Notes under the pieces: model-generated
What the model was told of the DNA's origin: nothing
The model's database searches: none
Seen by the model: only the letters and a program-made list of their open reading frames with translations
Translations under genes and position numbers: made by a program
Shown here: one piece after another, positions 47,093-56,170 of the stretch
Numbering within the stretch: position 1 is the first letter of the stretch
How the letters are laid out: every line of letters starts with the position of its first letter
Assembly: GCA_018818785.1 (NCBI GenBank)
Contig: JAHIRF010000005.1
Coordinates: 139,790 to 203,789 of the forward strand
Source: Thermoplasmatota archaeon
GTDB lineage: Archaea > Thermoplasmatota > Thermoplasmata > UBA10834
Direction: 5' to 3'
Length of the DNA: 64,000 nucleotides

Positions 47093-47869
47093 TCATGATT
47101 CAAGCTCAGTCTTCGCATCATCCTTCTTGGCCTTGGACGAGGTCTTCCTGGGCCTCTTCTTGGGCAGCTCTCCATGGGTCGCCTCCTTTATGGCATTGTC
47201 CAGGACCCCCATGAGCGAATGGAATTCCCAGGTCGATGGGACCGCTCTCGACACGATCCGCCTGAACATGACCTTCGTCTTCCCCTTCTTGTGCTCGGGC
47301 CAATCGATGCAGTCGAGGAGCATGGCGAAGTATTCGTGCAGTTTCTCAGTCTCCATCTCGGAGGCCAGTTGCGGTTCCCATCTCTCCACACCTGTTGCGA
47401 AGAGCTCGTAGAACACTATCGCCGCGGCATGGCTGATGTTGAGGATAGTGTATGCCGGATTCGCTGGAATAGTGATGAGGAAGTCGCAACGCCTGAGGAG
47501 TTCCTTGTCGAGTCCGAAATCCTCTCGACCGAAAAGGATCGCGATGGTGCCATCGAACTCCTTGATCTTCTGCGAGAATTCCTTCGGAGTCATCGAGATC
47601 CTCGCGAAATGCTTCTCGTTGCAGGTATCGATTCCAGAAGTGGCAGCCACGAAATCAACACCCTGGAGCGCCTCCTCGTCGGTGAACACTCTCTTCGCGT
47701 TCTTGAGGATGTCCGTGGCGTGCATCGCGCGCTTGATCGCCTCCTCGCCTATGGCGCAAGGTCTGACGAGCACCAATTCCTCGAGCCCGAAGTTCTTCAT
47801 GGACCGCGCGATCGCCCCGACGTTGCCGTCGTGCAACGGTTCTACCAGTACTACCCTGAAGTGCGGCAC
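47093..47869 (-). CDS. SPOUT-class RNA 2'-O-methyltransferase (TrmJ/TrmH-like)
   Basis: SpoU fold motifs (VVLVEPLHDGNVGAIARSM, ILFGREDFGL, LNISHAAAIVFYEL). Basic C-terminal extension. Confidence 0.65.
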   Translation of the reverse strand: MPHFRVVLVEPLHDGNVGAIARSMKNFGLEELVLVRPCAIGEEAIKRAMHATDILKNAKRVFTDEEALQGVDFVAATSGIDTCNEKHFARISMTPKEFSQKIKEFDGTIAILFGREDFGLDKELLRRCDFLITIPANPAYTILNISHAAAIVFYELFATGVERWEPQLASEMETEKLHEYFAMLLDCIDWPEHKKGKTKVMFRRIVSRAVPSTWEFHSLMGVLDNAIKEATHGELPKKRPRKTSSKAKKDDAKTELES

Positions 47870-47921
47870 GGCATCACGACAGATGCCCTAGGTATTTAAC
47901 TCTGTAGCAGATAATCTGGGC

Positions 47922-48740
47922 GTGAGCGGCGAAGAGGAGATACGGGTCGCGCTTAAGGTCGCATACGATGGCACGAACTACTTCGGCTTCCAGAGGCAGC
48001 CGGGCAGAGTGACCGTCGAGGGAGCACTTGTGACAGCGCTCGACAAGGTGGGTGCAATCAGCTCGCCGAGGGAGTGCGGGTACCGAAGTTCCAGTCGCAC
48101 GGACCGGGGCGTGAGCGCCCTCGGGAACGTCATCTCCTTCCGCACGTCATTCCCGCTGCGGTCCATATGCTCAGCGATCAACTCTGAGCTGGAGGACATA
48201 TGGGCGTATTCCATCGCTCGTGTCCCTGATGATTTCAATCCAAGAGCGGCCAGGCAGCGATGGTATCGATACTATCTCCCTAAGGATGGGCAGGACCTTA
48301 CTGTAATGAAAGCCCTGGCCGAGAGATTCATCGGGATACATGATTTCTCATCATATGCCACGAAGGCCGATAGGAATCCGATGAGGAAGATCGACTCGAT
48401 CGACATATCCGATGAGGGGCTTTTCCATGCCCTCGATTTCCGGGCGGAGAGTTTTCTCTGGAACATGATCCGCCGGATCGTCTGGGTGATGAACGAGGGA
48501 AGCACAGGCAGGCTGGATCTGGCATCGATAGGGCCGGAGGCGAAGAAGAAGCTCATAAGAATCGGCCTTTCCCCACCCGAGTACCTCCTGCTCATGGATG
48601 TCGACTGCGGCGTCGAGTTCGAGCTGGACGAGCGCGCGCGGATACGCATAAAGCGGATGGCAGAGCGGATGATGAAGAGTCATTCTATGAACCTGATCTT
48701 CTCGGAGCATGTCCGCGACCTATCTCTTCGCGGGTTGTGA
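47922..48740 (+). CDS. truA: tRNA pseudouridine synthase A
   Basis: VAYDGTNYFGFQRQ, with catalytic Asp in the RTDRGVSA motif. Confidence 0.8.
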   Translation: MSGEEEIRVALKVAYDGTNYFGFQRQPGRVTVEGALVTALDKVGAISSPRECGYRSSSRTDRGVSALGNVISFRTSFPLRSICSAINSELEDIWAYSIARVPDDFNPRAARQRWYRYYLPKDGQDLTVMKALAERFIGIHDFSSYATKADRNPMRKIDSIDISDEGLFHALDFRAESFLWNMIRRIVWVMNEGSTGRLDLASIGPEAKKKLIRIGLSPPEYLLLMDVDCGVEFELDERARIRIKRMAERMMKSHSMNLIFSEHVRDLSLRGL

Positions 48741-48776
48741 AGGTTGATATGTGCGGAGACTCGTACGCACGTTAAG

Positions 48777-49292
48777 ATGAAAGTGGCAGTGACAGGGACT
48801 CCAGGCGTCGGGAAGACCTCCGCGACCGCCCTCGTTCGTTCCATACGCGTCATACGGGTCAACGACCTAGTAGACGAGTACGACGCGATCACAGGCACCG
48901 ACGAGGAGCGCGGTTCGAAGGAAGTGGACGTCGATAAGCTCAAGGCCGCTCTTTCGAAGATGGATGGGGATATGTTGCTCGAGGGGCACCTCTCCCACCT
49001 TCTAGGGGTCGATATCGCCATCGTCCTGCGCTGCTCGCCAGCCGTTCTTCGCGAGCGTCTGGAGCTGCGTGGATGGAGCGCGGCCAAGGTCATGGAGAAC
49101 ATGGAAGCGGAAGCCGTTGATGTCATCCTCGTCGAGGCTCTGGGGTGCGTTCCAAAGACATGCGAGATAGATGCCACGGGCATGTCTTCCGAGGCGGTGG
49201 CCAAAGCGATTGAGGAAATCATCGCCGGAGAAAGTGAAAAATATCCAGTTGGCAATGTTGACTGGAGCCAGGAGGTTATGAGCTGGTTTTAG
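48777..49292 (+). CDS. adenylate-kinase-like NTPase (Fap7/AK6 family)
   Basis: P-loop GTPGVGKTS followed by the short LID-less architecture typical of archaeal Fap7. An alternative start lies at 48744. Confidence 0.6.
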   Translation: MKVAVTGTPGVGKTSATALVRSIRVIRVNDLVDEYDAITGTDEERGSKEVDVDKLKAALSKMDGDMLLEGHLSHLLGVDIAIVLRCSPAVLRERLELRGWSAAKVMENMEAEAVDVILVEALGCVPKTCEIDATGMSSEAVAKAIEEIIAGESEKYPVGNVDWSQEVMSWF

Positions 49293-49318
49293 AGAAGTAT
49301 CGCACGGAGGCCGATAGG

Positions 49319-49906
49319 GTGCTGGCACCTGCCGCGCAGCAGCTCACCTCAGTCAACCCTCACCACATATCGGCAGCATCTCTGGTCTGCGCACTGTTCG
49401 CAGGCATATTCTTCGCGCAGCAGAGACCTGAGCTGTTCCTCCTGCTCGCATCCGCTTTCGTTGCATTGAACGGATTGCTCGACGCCCTGGACGGGAAGGT
49501 CGCCAGGCTGATGTCCAAGGAATCCAAGCGGGGCGACTTCGTCGACCACATCATCGATAGATACGCGGACATGTTCATACTCGCAGGTATCGCCCTCGGT
49601 GCCTACTGTTCGTTGTTCGTCGGATTGTTCGCGGTCATCGGCGTGATGCTGGCCAGCTACATGGGCACGCAGGCCCAGGCGCTCGGTCTCCGTCGAGAGT
49701 ACAGGGGCGTGCTCGGACGAGCCGATAGACTAGTGCTTCTGATCCTGGTCCCGATACTCCAGTACATCCTATTGTGGCTGGGCGGGGACTTCAGCAGCGA
49801 CATCATGGGATTGACTGTCATCGGATGGATGATGGTGTACTTCGGCATCGCTGGCAACATCACAGCTCTTCAGAGGGCCTGGATGATCTGGAAGTCACTT
49901 CCGTGA
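49319..49906 (+). CDS. CDP-alcohol phosphatidyltransferase-family protein
   Basis: DGxxARx8Gx3Dx3D motif (DGKVARLMSKESKRGDFVDHIIDRYAD) in a protein with about 6 transmembrane helices. Confidence 0.7.
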   Translation: MLAPAAQQLTSVNPHHISAASLVCALFAGIFFAQQRPELFLLLASAFVALNGLLDALDGKVARLMSKESKRGDFVDHIIDRYADMFILAGIALGAYCSLFVGLFAVIGVMLASYMGTQAQALGLRREYRGVLGRADRLVLLILVPILQYILLWLGGDFSSDIMGLTVIGWMMVYFGIAGNITALQRAWMIWKSLP

Positions 49907-50926
49907 CGGAGGTTTGAACCTCTTGCCTTTGGATCTGTAATATGTCAACGGATGGGCCATCCAATCCTTCTTGCACAGCGAATCAGGGTCGAAGCAGATG
50001 CCATAGCTCTTCATCGTGCTGCATTCGGGTGGAGTGTACTCCGTCCCGGAGATCTCCCCCGTGATATGCTGTATCTGGTACCGGGACTTGCTCTCGTCGA
50101 AATCAGGGGCTGATGAGAATGTCTCCAGTACCTCGTCAGAGTTCATGCCCAGTGTATGCAGGAACGATACCAATGCGAATCTCCCGGTGTGTGGGACGTT
50201 CTCTCCGCTCTGTATCATGGTGAGGAGCTTCTTCATGCATGGGGGGAATCTTATGATGCTGACCTTGCCCATGCTCCTCGCCTTGAACTCCGCGCGCTTC
50301 TCCTCCATGATCTTGCTTATGACCGTGATGTCCTGGGAGAATGCGTTCATGATGTCGTCGTTGACCGCGAGTGGAAGCTCGGACGAGATCTTCTCCGTGA
50401 GCATCTGCTGGATGAGTCTGACCAATCGCTGCTTTGTGACGATGACTCTACCATCTTGCAGCCGCTGATTGATGAGCTTCCAATCCTTGCTCCTCATCGC
50501 GGCAGAGAACCTCAGGAAATCGGTGAAATCCACGGAGATGGTATCCTCGTCCACCGAGACATTCAGTCCGAGCTCCTCAGCGACCGATTTGATGAACGTG
50601 AACTCCTCTCCTCTCAGATGCTTGTCAGCCTTCTTCGCCTCGGCGATGGCGTATCTGGTCACAAGCATCTGGTCGGTCACGGCCGATACTATCATCCTCG
50701 CGACTGGATAGCTCAATAATTCGTTGTTCGCATCTACTTCCGATGCCATCGGATGGTCCTCGATCATGCCGTTCTCCAGCGCTTCCATGACCCGTTCCTT
50801 TCCCATGAACCGGGCCCTTTCATAAGCTACGCTGGTGGTGAGCTTGCTCAGATCGACTCCGGTCTCCCTCAGATATGCAGATGCACCCTTCAGGAACGGA
50901 TACTTCGCCGCCAGCTTGACATCCAC
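49895..50926 (-). CDS. priL: DNA primase large subunit PriL
   Basis: PriL-like helical N-terminal domain and a C-terminal 4-Cys Fe-S domain (FPPCM...C...C...C). Confidence 0.65.
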   Translation of the reverse strand: MDVKLAAKYPFLKGASAYLRETGVDLSKLTTSVAYERARFMGKERVMEALENGMIEDHPMASEVDANNELLSYPVARMIVSAVTDQMLVTRYAIAEAKKADKHLRGEEFTFIKSVAEELGLNVSVDEDTISVDFTDFLRFSAAMRSKDWKLINQRLQDGRVIVTKQRLVRLIQQMLTEKISSELPLAVNDDIMNAFSQDITVISKIMEEKRAEFKARSMGKVSIIRFPPCMKKLLTMIQSGENVPHTGRFALVSFLHTLGMNSDEVLETFSSAPDFDESKSRYQIQHITGEISGTEYTPPECSTMKSYGICFDPDSLCKKDWMAHPLTYYRSKGKRFKPPSRK

Positions 50927-50981
50927 GCCGTCCTCTCTCCTCTCTACTCGAATCGCCGCTCTGATTACAATAACTTGACTG

Positions 50982-52646
50982 CTACGATCTCTCTACATCT
51001 CCGCATACCAGATATGATCGTGCCGATGCGAGGGCGGTCTCCTCGTCGAATATCTGCCAGAGATCCTCCGGATCATCAAATGGCCTCTTTCTCATTATCG
51101 CCATGGCCCTCCTCCTGCCTATCCCAGGGATCGCTTCGAGCATCGCCATCGATGCGGTGTTCGCATTCGTCGGATTTGCTATCCCCGTCACGCTCCTGGG
51201 GCCGCACCCGATGATCGCGACATCGATATCCATTCCTATCTCGAAGGCGTATGGCAGGCCGACCAGGAGCGGGTAGGTGCCGACCTGCCTCCCGAAGGTC
51301 CTCCCGCCCTCCCTCAGTTCCGTACGGACATTCCTGAGGATGGAGCCGCTCGGCAGAAGTCTCTCCAGCATGGGCTGGTCGATCTGTTCCCTCACATCTC
51401 TCTTGAACTTCTCGAACTCCTTGCGGTGCCTGACGCCAGGTGAATCAGCGCGGTAGGGTACCACCTGCCGTATGTTTATTCGTCTGAGGAGGAGCCCTTC
51501 GTCCACGACCTTCTGAAGGAATTGGAGATTGAGCGCGTAGGTCTGCTTAGATTCCCCTTCGAGACCACATACGAAATTGATGCCTGGCAGAACATGGGGC
51601 AGACCGGATGGTCCGACCACTCTTCCCAATTCGTTGACGATCCTGACCGCTTCGATCGTCTGATCCGCTGATGCATTCAGGTTGTTCGCCTCCGCAACCT
51701 TAGGGTCTGCGGATTCCAGTCCGAAGGCGAGGACATTGCCGCTCGTGCAGTTCTCCACGATCGCTTTCAAGATCTTTCGAGACTCCTCTGGATGCGAGGC
51801 TATCACTGCGGGGTTCGCATTGTCTAGATGGAACACCCTCGGGCGCATCGTCTCCTTCACTCCCTTCAACAGGGACTCGATCGCCGCCACGTTCGGCCTC
51901 GGTGTCTCGCTCATGCCGACATCTTCTGATTTGTAGCAGAATACGCAGGACTGCGCACCCAATCGGATGTTTCTGACGCCCGCATCGGACAGGGCCGCGA
52001 CCTCTCTCAAGATGTCCTTCGGTTCGCGAAAGACGACTTCCCCTGATAATGGTTCGACGCAGAACTTGCACCCGCCGCTGATGTACCTGACGCAGCCACG
52101 ATACATCTGTACCTCGGCTATCAGTGGTCCTCCCGCGTCCGGGTGGATCGATGAGATGACCGCTCCAGCCTCCAGCCAGGAATTCCATTCCTCCTGACCT
52201 CTGCGCCTATCCTCCAGAGCCCCATTCGAAACGAGCTCGAACAGCGCAGCATCCAGATCCTCTGATACAATGTGGTCGAAGCATCCCTTCAATGCATCAG
52301 ACAACCTGCGTTCGTCGACCCCTAGGCTGGCCACCTTCAAACCCTTGAACGACCCGCATATCTTGATGAGTTCCTTATCGCTTGCTGGCATTCCCCTGAG
52401 ATACTTCCCGGGAACTGCCACCCTCCTGATCACAGCGAGCAGGTCGAACCCGCTGAAATCGTCCTCTCCATCCCTCCACTGGTCAACGGTCCTGTAGTGG
52501 CCCTCCGCTCCCGCTTTCGCGAGCGCGCCGAAGGCCAGTCTGGCATAGGGGGAGATATACGGCGGGACGCCAAGGCACGCAGGCTCATCGGTGTACCCGT
52601 CGAGGACGAGGGCTCTCATCGTCGCTGTGAACGGTTCTGTCCACAT
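50982..52646 (-). CDS. radical-SAM-like protein with atypical Cx7Cx2C cluster and C-terminal helix-hairpin-helix
   Basis: GCVRYISGGCKFC triad in a TIM-barrel-like central domain. C-terminal LEAIPGIGRRRAMAIM is an HhH motif. Confidence 0.5.
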   Translation of the reverse strand: MWTEPFTATMRALVLDGYTDEPACLGVPPYISPYARLAFGALAKAGAEGHYRTVDQWRDGEDDFSGFDLLAVIRRVAVPGKYLRGMPASDKELIKICGSFKGLKVASLGVDERRLSDALKGCFDHIVSEDLDAALFELVSNGALEDRRRGQEEWNSWLEAGAVISSIHPDAGGPLIAEVQMYRGCVRYISGGCKFCVEPLSGEVVFREPKDILREVAALSDAGVRNIRLGAQSCVFCYKSEDVGMSETPRPNVAAIESLLKGVKETMRPRVFHLDNANPAVIASHPEESRKILKAIVENCTSGNVLAFGLESADPKVAEANNLNASADQTIEAVRIVNELGRVVGPSGLPHVLPGINFVCGLEGESKQTYALNLQFLQKVVDEGLLLRRINIRQVVPYRADSPGVRHRKEFEKFKRDVREQIDQPMLERLLPSGSILRNVRTELREGGRTFGRQVGTYPLLVGLPYAFEIGMDIDVAIIGCGPRSVTGIANPTNANTASMAMLEAIPGIGRRRAMAIMRKRPFDDPEDLWQIFDEETALASARSYLVCGDVERS

Positions 52647-52842
52647 AATATGTTTCTATTTCGTCGACCACGTCCGACCTGCTCCCCCAAGCGCCTTCGT
52701 GTAAGATGATAATCTATTAATCCGTCGAAATAATCATGTCTTCATAGCAATAACCGTAACAAACGACCATATCGGTTGTTCGAAATCGGAGAATCAACCA
52801 ACGAGTTTCGACGTTAACATAGACACAAAGGGGTAGAATCGA

Positions 52843-54279
52843 ATGGCAAAGAAATCCAAGCCGGCCAGTAGGAAGGCCGTGAAGAACGCGCCCGCCAAGA
52901 AGAAGGCGGTCAAGTCCAAGGCGAAGGCAAAGCCCGCGAAACCGGTATCCGTTGAAGCCATGCTGAAGAAGGCATACGAACCGGCCAGACTCGCGATGAT
53001 CTACCACCCGTTCTACGAGGGTAAGATCGAGATCACGCCCAAGTGCTGCGTGAGAGACTTCAACGACTTCGCCATCTGGTACACGCCGGGTGTGGCAGAG
53101 TCATGCAAGGCGATCAACAAGGACAAGGAACTGTCGTATACCCACACGAACAGGTGGAACACGGTCGCTGTCGTATCCGACGGTACGAGGGTATTGGGTC
53201 TCGGCGACATCGGTCCCGAGGCTGGTATGCCGGTCATGGAGGGCAAGTCTCTCCTGTTCAAGTACCTCGGCGGCGTCGACGCATACCCGCTATGCCTCGG
53301 TACGAAGGACCCCGAGGAGATCATAAACACGGTCAAGCTGCTGCAGCCATCCCTCGGTGGCGTCAACCTCGAGGACATCTCGCAGCCCAAGTGCTTCTAC
53401 ATACTCGAGCGCCTGAGGAAGGAGTGCGAGATCCCTGTCTGGCACGACGACCAGCAGGGCACTGGTACGATCGTTGCTGCCGGTGCGGTGAACGCTGCGA
53501 AGATGGTCGGCAAGAAGCCGTCACAGATGAAGGCGGTCTTCATCGGTGCGGGTGCCGCAAACATAGCCATATCCAGGATCATGCAGGTCTCCGGCTTCAA
53601 GTGGGAGAACATGATCATGTGCGATTCCAAGGGAACCCTTCATCCTGGCAGAGAGGAAGTCAAGGCCGAGTTCAAGGAGAAGTGGTTCATGTGTGAGAAT
53701 TCCAACAAGGAACGAGTCGTCGGTACATCACAGGATGCGATGAAGGGTGCCGATATCGTCGTCGCAGCTTCGAAGCCGGGACCTGGCACGATCAAGCCGG
53801 AGTGGATCAAGGGTATGGCGAATGACTCGATCGTGTTCGCCACAGCCAACCCGATACCTGAGATATGGCCATGGGAGGCGAAGGAAGCTGGCGCGAAGAT
53901 CGTCGCAACAGGCAGGTCCGACTTCCCGAACCAGGTCAACAACTCGCTCGGATTCCCTGGCATATTCAGGGGAACCCTCGATGTCAGGGCTAGGACGATA
54001 TCCGACACTATGTGTCTGGCAGCCGTCCTCGAGATCGCGAAGACCGCGGAGGACAAAGGCCTCACCGAGGAATACATCGTCCCAACGATGGATGAGTGGG
54101 AAGTGTTCCCGAGAGAGGCAGCGGCCGTCGGTAGGGCAGCCATCAAGGAAGGCATCGCAAGGGTCAAGCTCAGCAGGCAGGAGCTCTACGAGAAGGCTGA
54201 GTCGATCATCAGGCGCGCAAGGAACCAGACAAAGTACCTGATGAAGGGCAGATACATCCCCCCGCCACCTAAGGCGTAG
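52843..54279 (+). CDS. NAD(P)-dependent malic enzyme with a Lys/Ala/Pro-rich N-terminal tail
   Basis: Malic-enzyme core (IWYTPGVAE, VFIGAGAANIAI). A 38-aa tail AKKSKPASRKAVKNAPAKKKAVKSKAKAKPAKP precedes it. AGGGG Shine-Dalgarno upstream of ATG 52843. Confidence 0.8.
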   Translation: MAKKSKPASRKAVKNAPAKKKAVKSKAKAKPAKPVSVEAMLKKAYEPARLAMIYHPFYEGKIEITPKCCVRDFNDFAIWYTPGVAESCKAINKDKELSYTHTNRWNTVAVVSDGTRVLGLGDIGPEAGMPVMEGKSLLFKYLGGVDAYPLCLGTKDPEEIINTVKLLQPSLGGVNLEDISQPKCFYILERLRKECEIPVWHDDQQGTGTIVAAGAVNAAKMVGKKPSQMKAVFIGAGAANIAISRIMQVSGFKWENMIMCDSKGTLHPGREEVKAEFKEKWFMCENSNKERVVGTSQDAMKGADIVVAASKPGPGTIKPEWIKGMANDSIVFATANPIPEIWPWEAKEAGAKIVATGRSDFPNQVNNSLGFPGIFRGTLDVRARTISDTMCLAAVLEIAKTAEDKGLTEEYIVPTMDEWEVFPREAAAVGRAAIKEGIARVKLSRQELYEKAESIIRRARNQTKYLMKGRYIPPPPKA

Positions 54280-54395
54280 GGTCCTGGCCAACGACCATTA
54301 AACCCTTTCAGAAAACCCTTATCCTTTCAATTTCTGAACCGATAGATATTCTGCAGAGCATCCGCTATCTTCGAAACTGGGCAAGAATCTTATGT

Positions 54396-54662
54396 TCAGA
54401 GCAGTCCCATCTGGACGATCTCTACACTCTGGACGCCGCCGACGCCGGATATAGCTGCTTCCACCTGGTCAGCGCCGCCCTTCTTGTCGTCAAGGACCAC
54501 GAGCACGTGCAACGCTTTCAGGCCGAATGCGACGGGTTTCGTTTCGGAAGCCTTGAAAACAGCTCCCTCCGGCAGTACCTTCCGTATCTCCTTCACCAGA
54601 CTGTCCAGATCGATATCGACACTCTCCGGAAGGATCCTGTACTGTAGACCTACTTCTCCCAT
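54396..54662 (-). CDS. ef1b: translation elongation factor aEF-1 beta
   Basis: MGEVGLQYRILPESVDIDLDSL...VAFGLKALHVLVVL is collinear with archaeal aEF-1beta. ATG 54662 is used. Confidence 0.75.
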   Translation of the reverse strand: MGEVGLQYRILPESVDIDLDSLVKEIRKVLPEGAVFKASETKPVAFGLKALHVLVVLDDKKGGADQVEAAISGVGGVQSVEIVQMGLL

Positions 54663-54672
54663 GAAAGGCACC

Positions 54673-54843
54673 TCAAGGTCCGATGAATCCACATCCGGGA
54701 CACTTGTACTTGACACTCTGGTCCCTGCAGTTCATGCATCTGCCGATTACAGCGTTCCCGCACTTCGGGCATGGGAACGTGGTCTCGGTCTTCCTGACGA
54801 GGCGTATGCCACAAGAGGAGCATTTCTTTTCATGGTCGCTCAA
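54673..54843 (-). CDS. small double Zn-ribbon protein (conserved aEF-1beta neighbour)
   Basis: CSSCG...CPKCG and CMNCR...CPGCG. The TTG at 54843 has TATA-like ttatat about 27 nt upstream. The longer ORF to 55056 overlaps the flavodoxin start on the other strand. Confidence 0.5.
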   Translation of the reverse strand: MSDHEKKCSSCGIRLVRKTETTFPCPKCGNAVIGRCMNCRDQSVKYKCPGCGFIGP

Positions 54844-54951
54844 AATCTTCGACCTCGGCGCTGAGATATAAGCTATTTGTATATAACCCTTAGTGAGCTG
54901 GACAGCGAAGTTAAATCTATTGGATTCCATCAGTGCCAGGGGCTGACAAAT

Positions 54952-55419
54952 ATGAGAGGTCTGGTCGTTTACGACAGCTACTATGGAAATACGAAGGCGG
55001 TTGCCGAGGCCATTGCCGAGGAGATCCGGGCAATGGGTCACGATGCGGTCATGCATTCTGCAAGGGAGAGCTTCCCGAAAGAGCTGGACTATGGTTTCCT
55101 ATTCATCGGATCGCCCACGCGTATGACCAAGATGACTAGCCGCACGAAGAAGTTCGTGAAGAAGCTCGGGAAGAGTTCCTGGAGCTCAAAGCCCGTGTAT
55201 ACGTATGATACTATTATGACTGGTGCGATGGAGAACGCAGGGCGTTGGAGTGGGACGGCCGCTCAGAAGCTGCATGATCTCGCCAAAGATGTCGGTCTCA
55301 ATCCAGACCCATCGGTCCTGCACACCGATGTTACCGGCATGAAGGGACCGTTGGCAAAAGACGCAATCGACAAGGCGAAGGCGTATGTACGCGATAGCTT
55401 GTCGAAGCTCGACAGATGA
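54952..55419 (+). CDS. flavodoxin-fold protein
   Basis: [23 protein letters not shown] is a flavodoxin-like N-terminal FMN-binding loop. The start is the internal ATG of ORF 54877. Confidence 0.65.
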   Translation: MRGLVVYDSYYGNTKAVAEAIAEEIRAMGHDAVMHSARESFPKELDYGFLFIGSPTRMTKMTSRTKKFVKKLGKSSWSSKPVYTYDTIMTGAMENAGRWSGTAAQKLHDLAKDVGLNPDPSVLHTDVTGMKGPLAKDAIDKAKAYVRDSLSKLDR

Positions 55420-55678
55420 CGATGTGTCCTTGCTCCGATCATCTGGGTGCGTCTAGAGTCGACGCATTTCCCGTCAGTGTGATAACCCGTGGCAATGGTG
55501 CAGTTAATAATATTTGCCCAAAACGCTATTATTATTATCCAATTATTATAGTACAATACACCAAATATATGCTGTCTGGAGGGGAATCCGGCCCAAACCT
55601 CTCGATGGATGATAGTCATTAAATACTTGAACGAACTACACGGGCTGCTAACGCAGCCTAGGGTATCTACGCCGCCCA

Positions 55679-55822
55679 GGGCCCGTAGCTCAGCTAGGTA
55701 GGAATCTCATGCATTCTCGATGTTATGGTTTCCCTAGAAAGAGCATCTGCCTTTTAAGCAGGTGGCCCGGGGTTCGAATGACTACGCCATACAGACTAGT
55801 CTCGGAAATCCCCGCGGGCCCG
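55679..55822 (+). tRNA. tRNA-Lys (anticodon UUU) interrupted by two putative non-canonical introns (D-arm about 40 nt, T-arm about 30 nt)
   Basis: Perfect acceptor GGGCCCG/CGGGCCC. D-stem GCTC...GAGC separated by 49 nt instead of 8-10. Anticodon arm TCTGC-CTTTTAA-GCAGG has no intron. T-arm CGGGG-TTCGAAT-[30 nt]-CCCCG. Confidence 0.5.
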
Positions 55823-55908
55823 CCGGGCGTCGACTGCGGACCGGGGGAGAAACGGAACGAATCCCACGGTTTCTCTGTAGAATACCCTTCGCCAGTATGG
55901 TGATTAGG

Positions 55909-56166
55909 ATGGCCGGAGAATTTAACGTCTTGGAGCATGAGCTCGTACCCGAGTATCATCTTCTGTCGGAGAAGGAGGCCGAGAAGGTCCTTAAGCAGCT
56001 GAAGCTTACGAAGGACCAGCTTCCAAAGACAAGGATAACTGACCCGTGCATTCGCACGCTCGATGCGATTGTTGGGCCAGTCGAAGAGGGAATGGTAGTC
56101 AAGATCGTCAGGCGCAGCTCAACGAGCGGCGTGTCGATCTGTTACAGACTTGTAGTGCGGGGGTGA
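55909..56166 (+). CDS. rpoH: DNA-directed RNA polymerase subunit H (Rpb5 homolog)
   Basis: [24 protein letters not shown]...CYRLVV. An alternative ATG lies at 55897. Confidence 0.8.
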   Translation: MAGEFNVLEHELVPEYHLLSEKEAEKVLKQLKLTKDQLPKTRITDPCIRTLDAIVGPVEEGMVVKIVRRSSTSGVSICYRLVVRG

Positions 56167-56170
56167 ACCC

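Noticed and set aside
54844-55056. 5' part of ORF 54673..55056 (Zn-ribbon gene)
   Set aside because: It overlaps the flavodoxin start region on the opposite strand and adds a non-conserved N-terminus. A TTG with a well-spaced TATA-like element gives the expected Zn-ribbon protein of about 57 aa.
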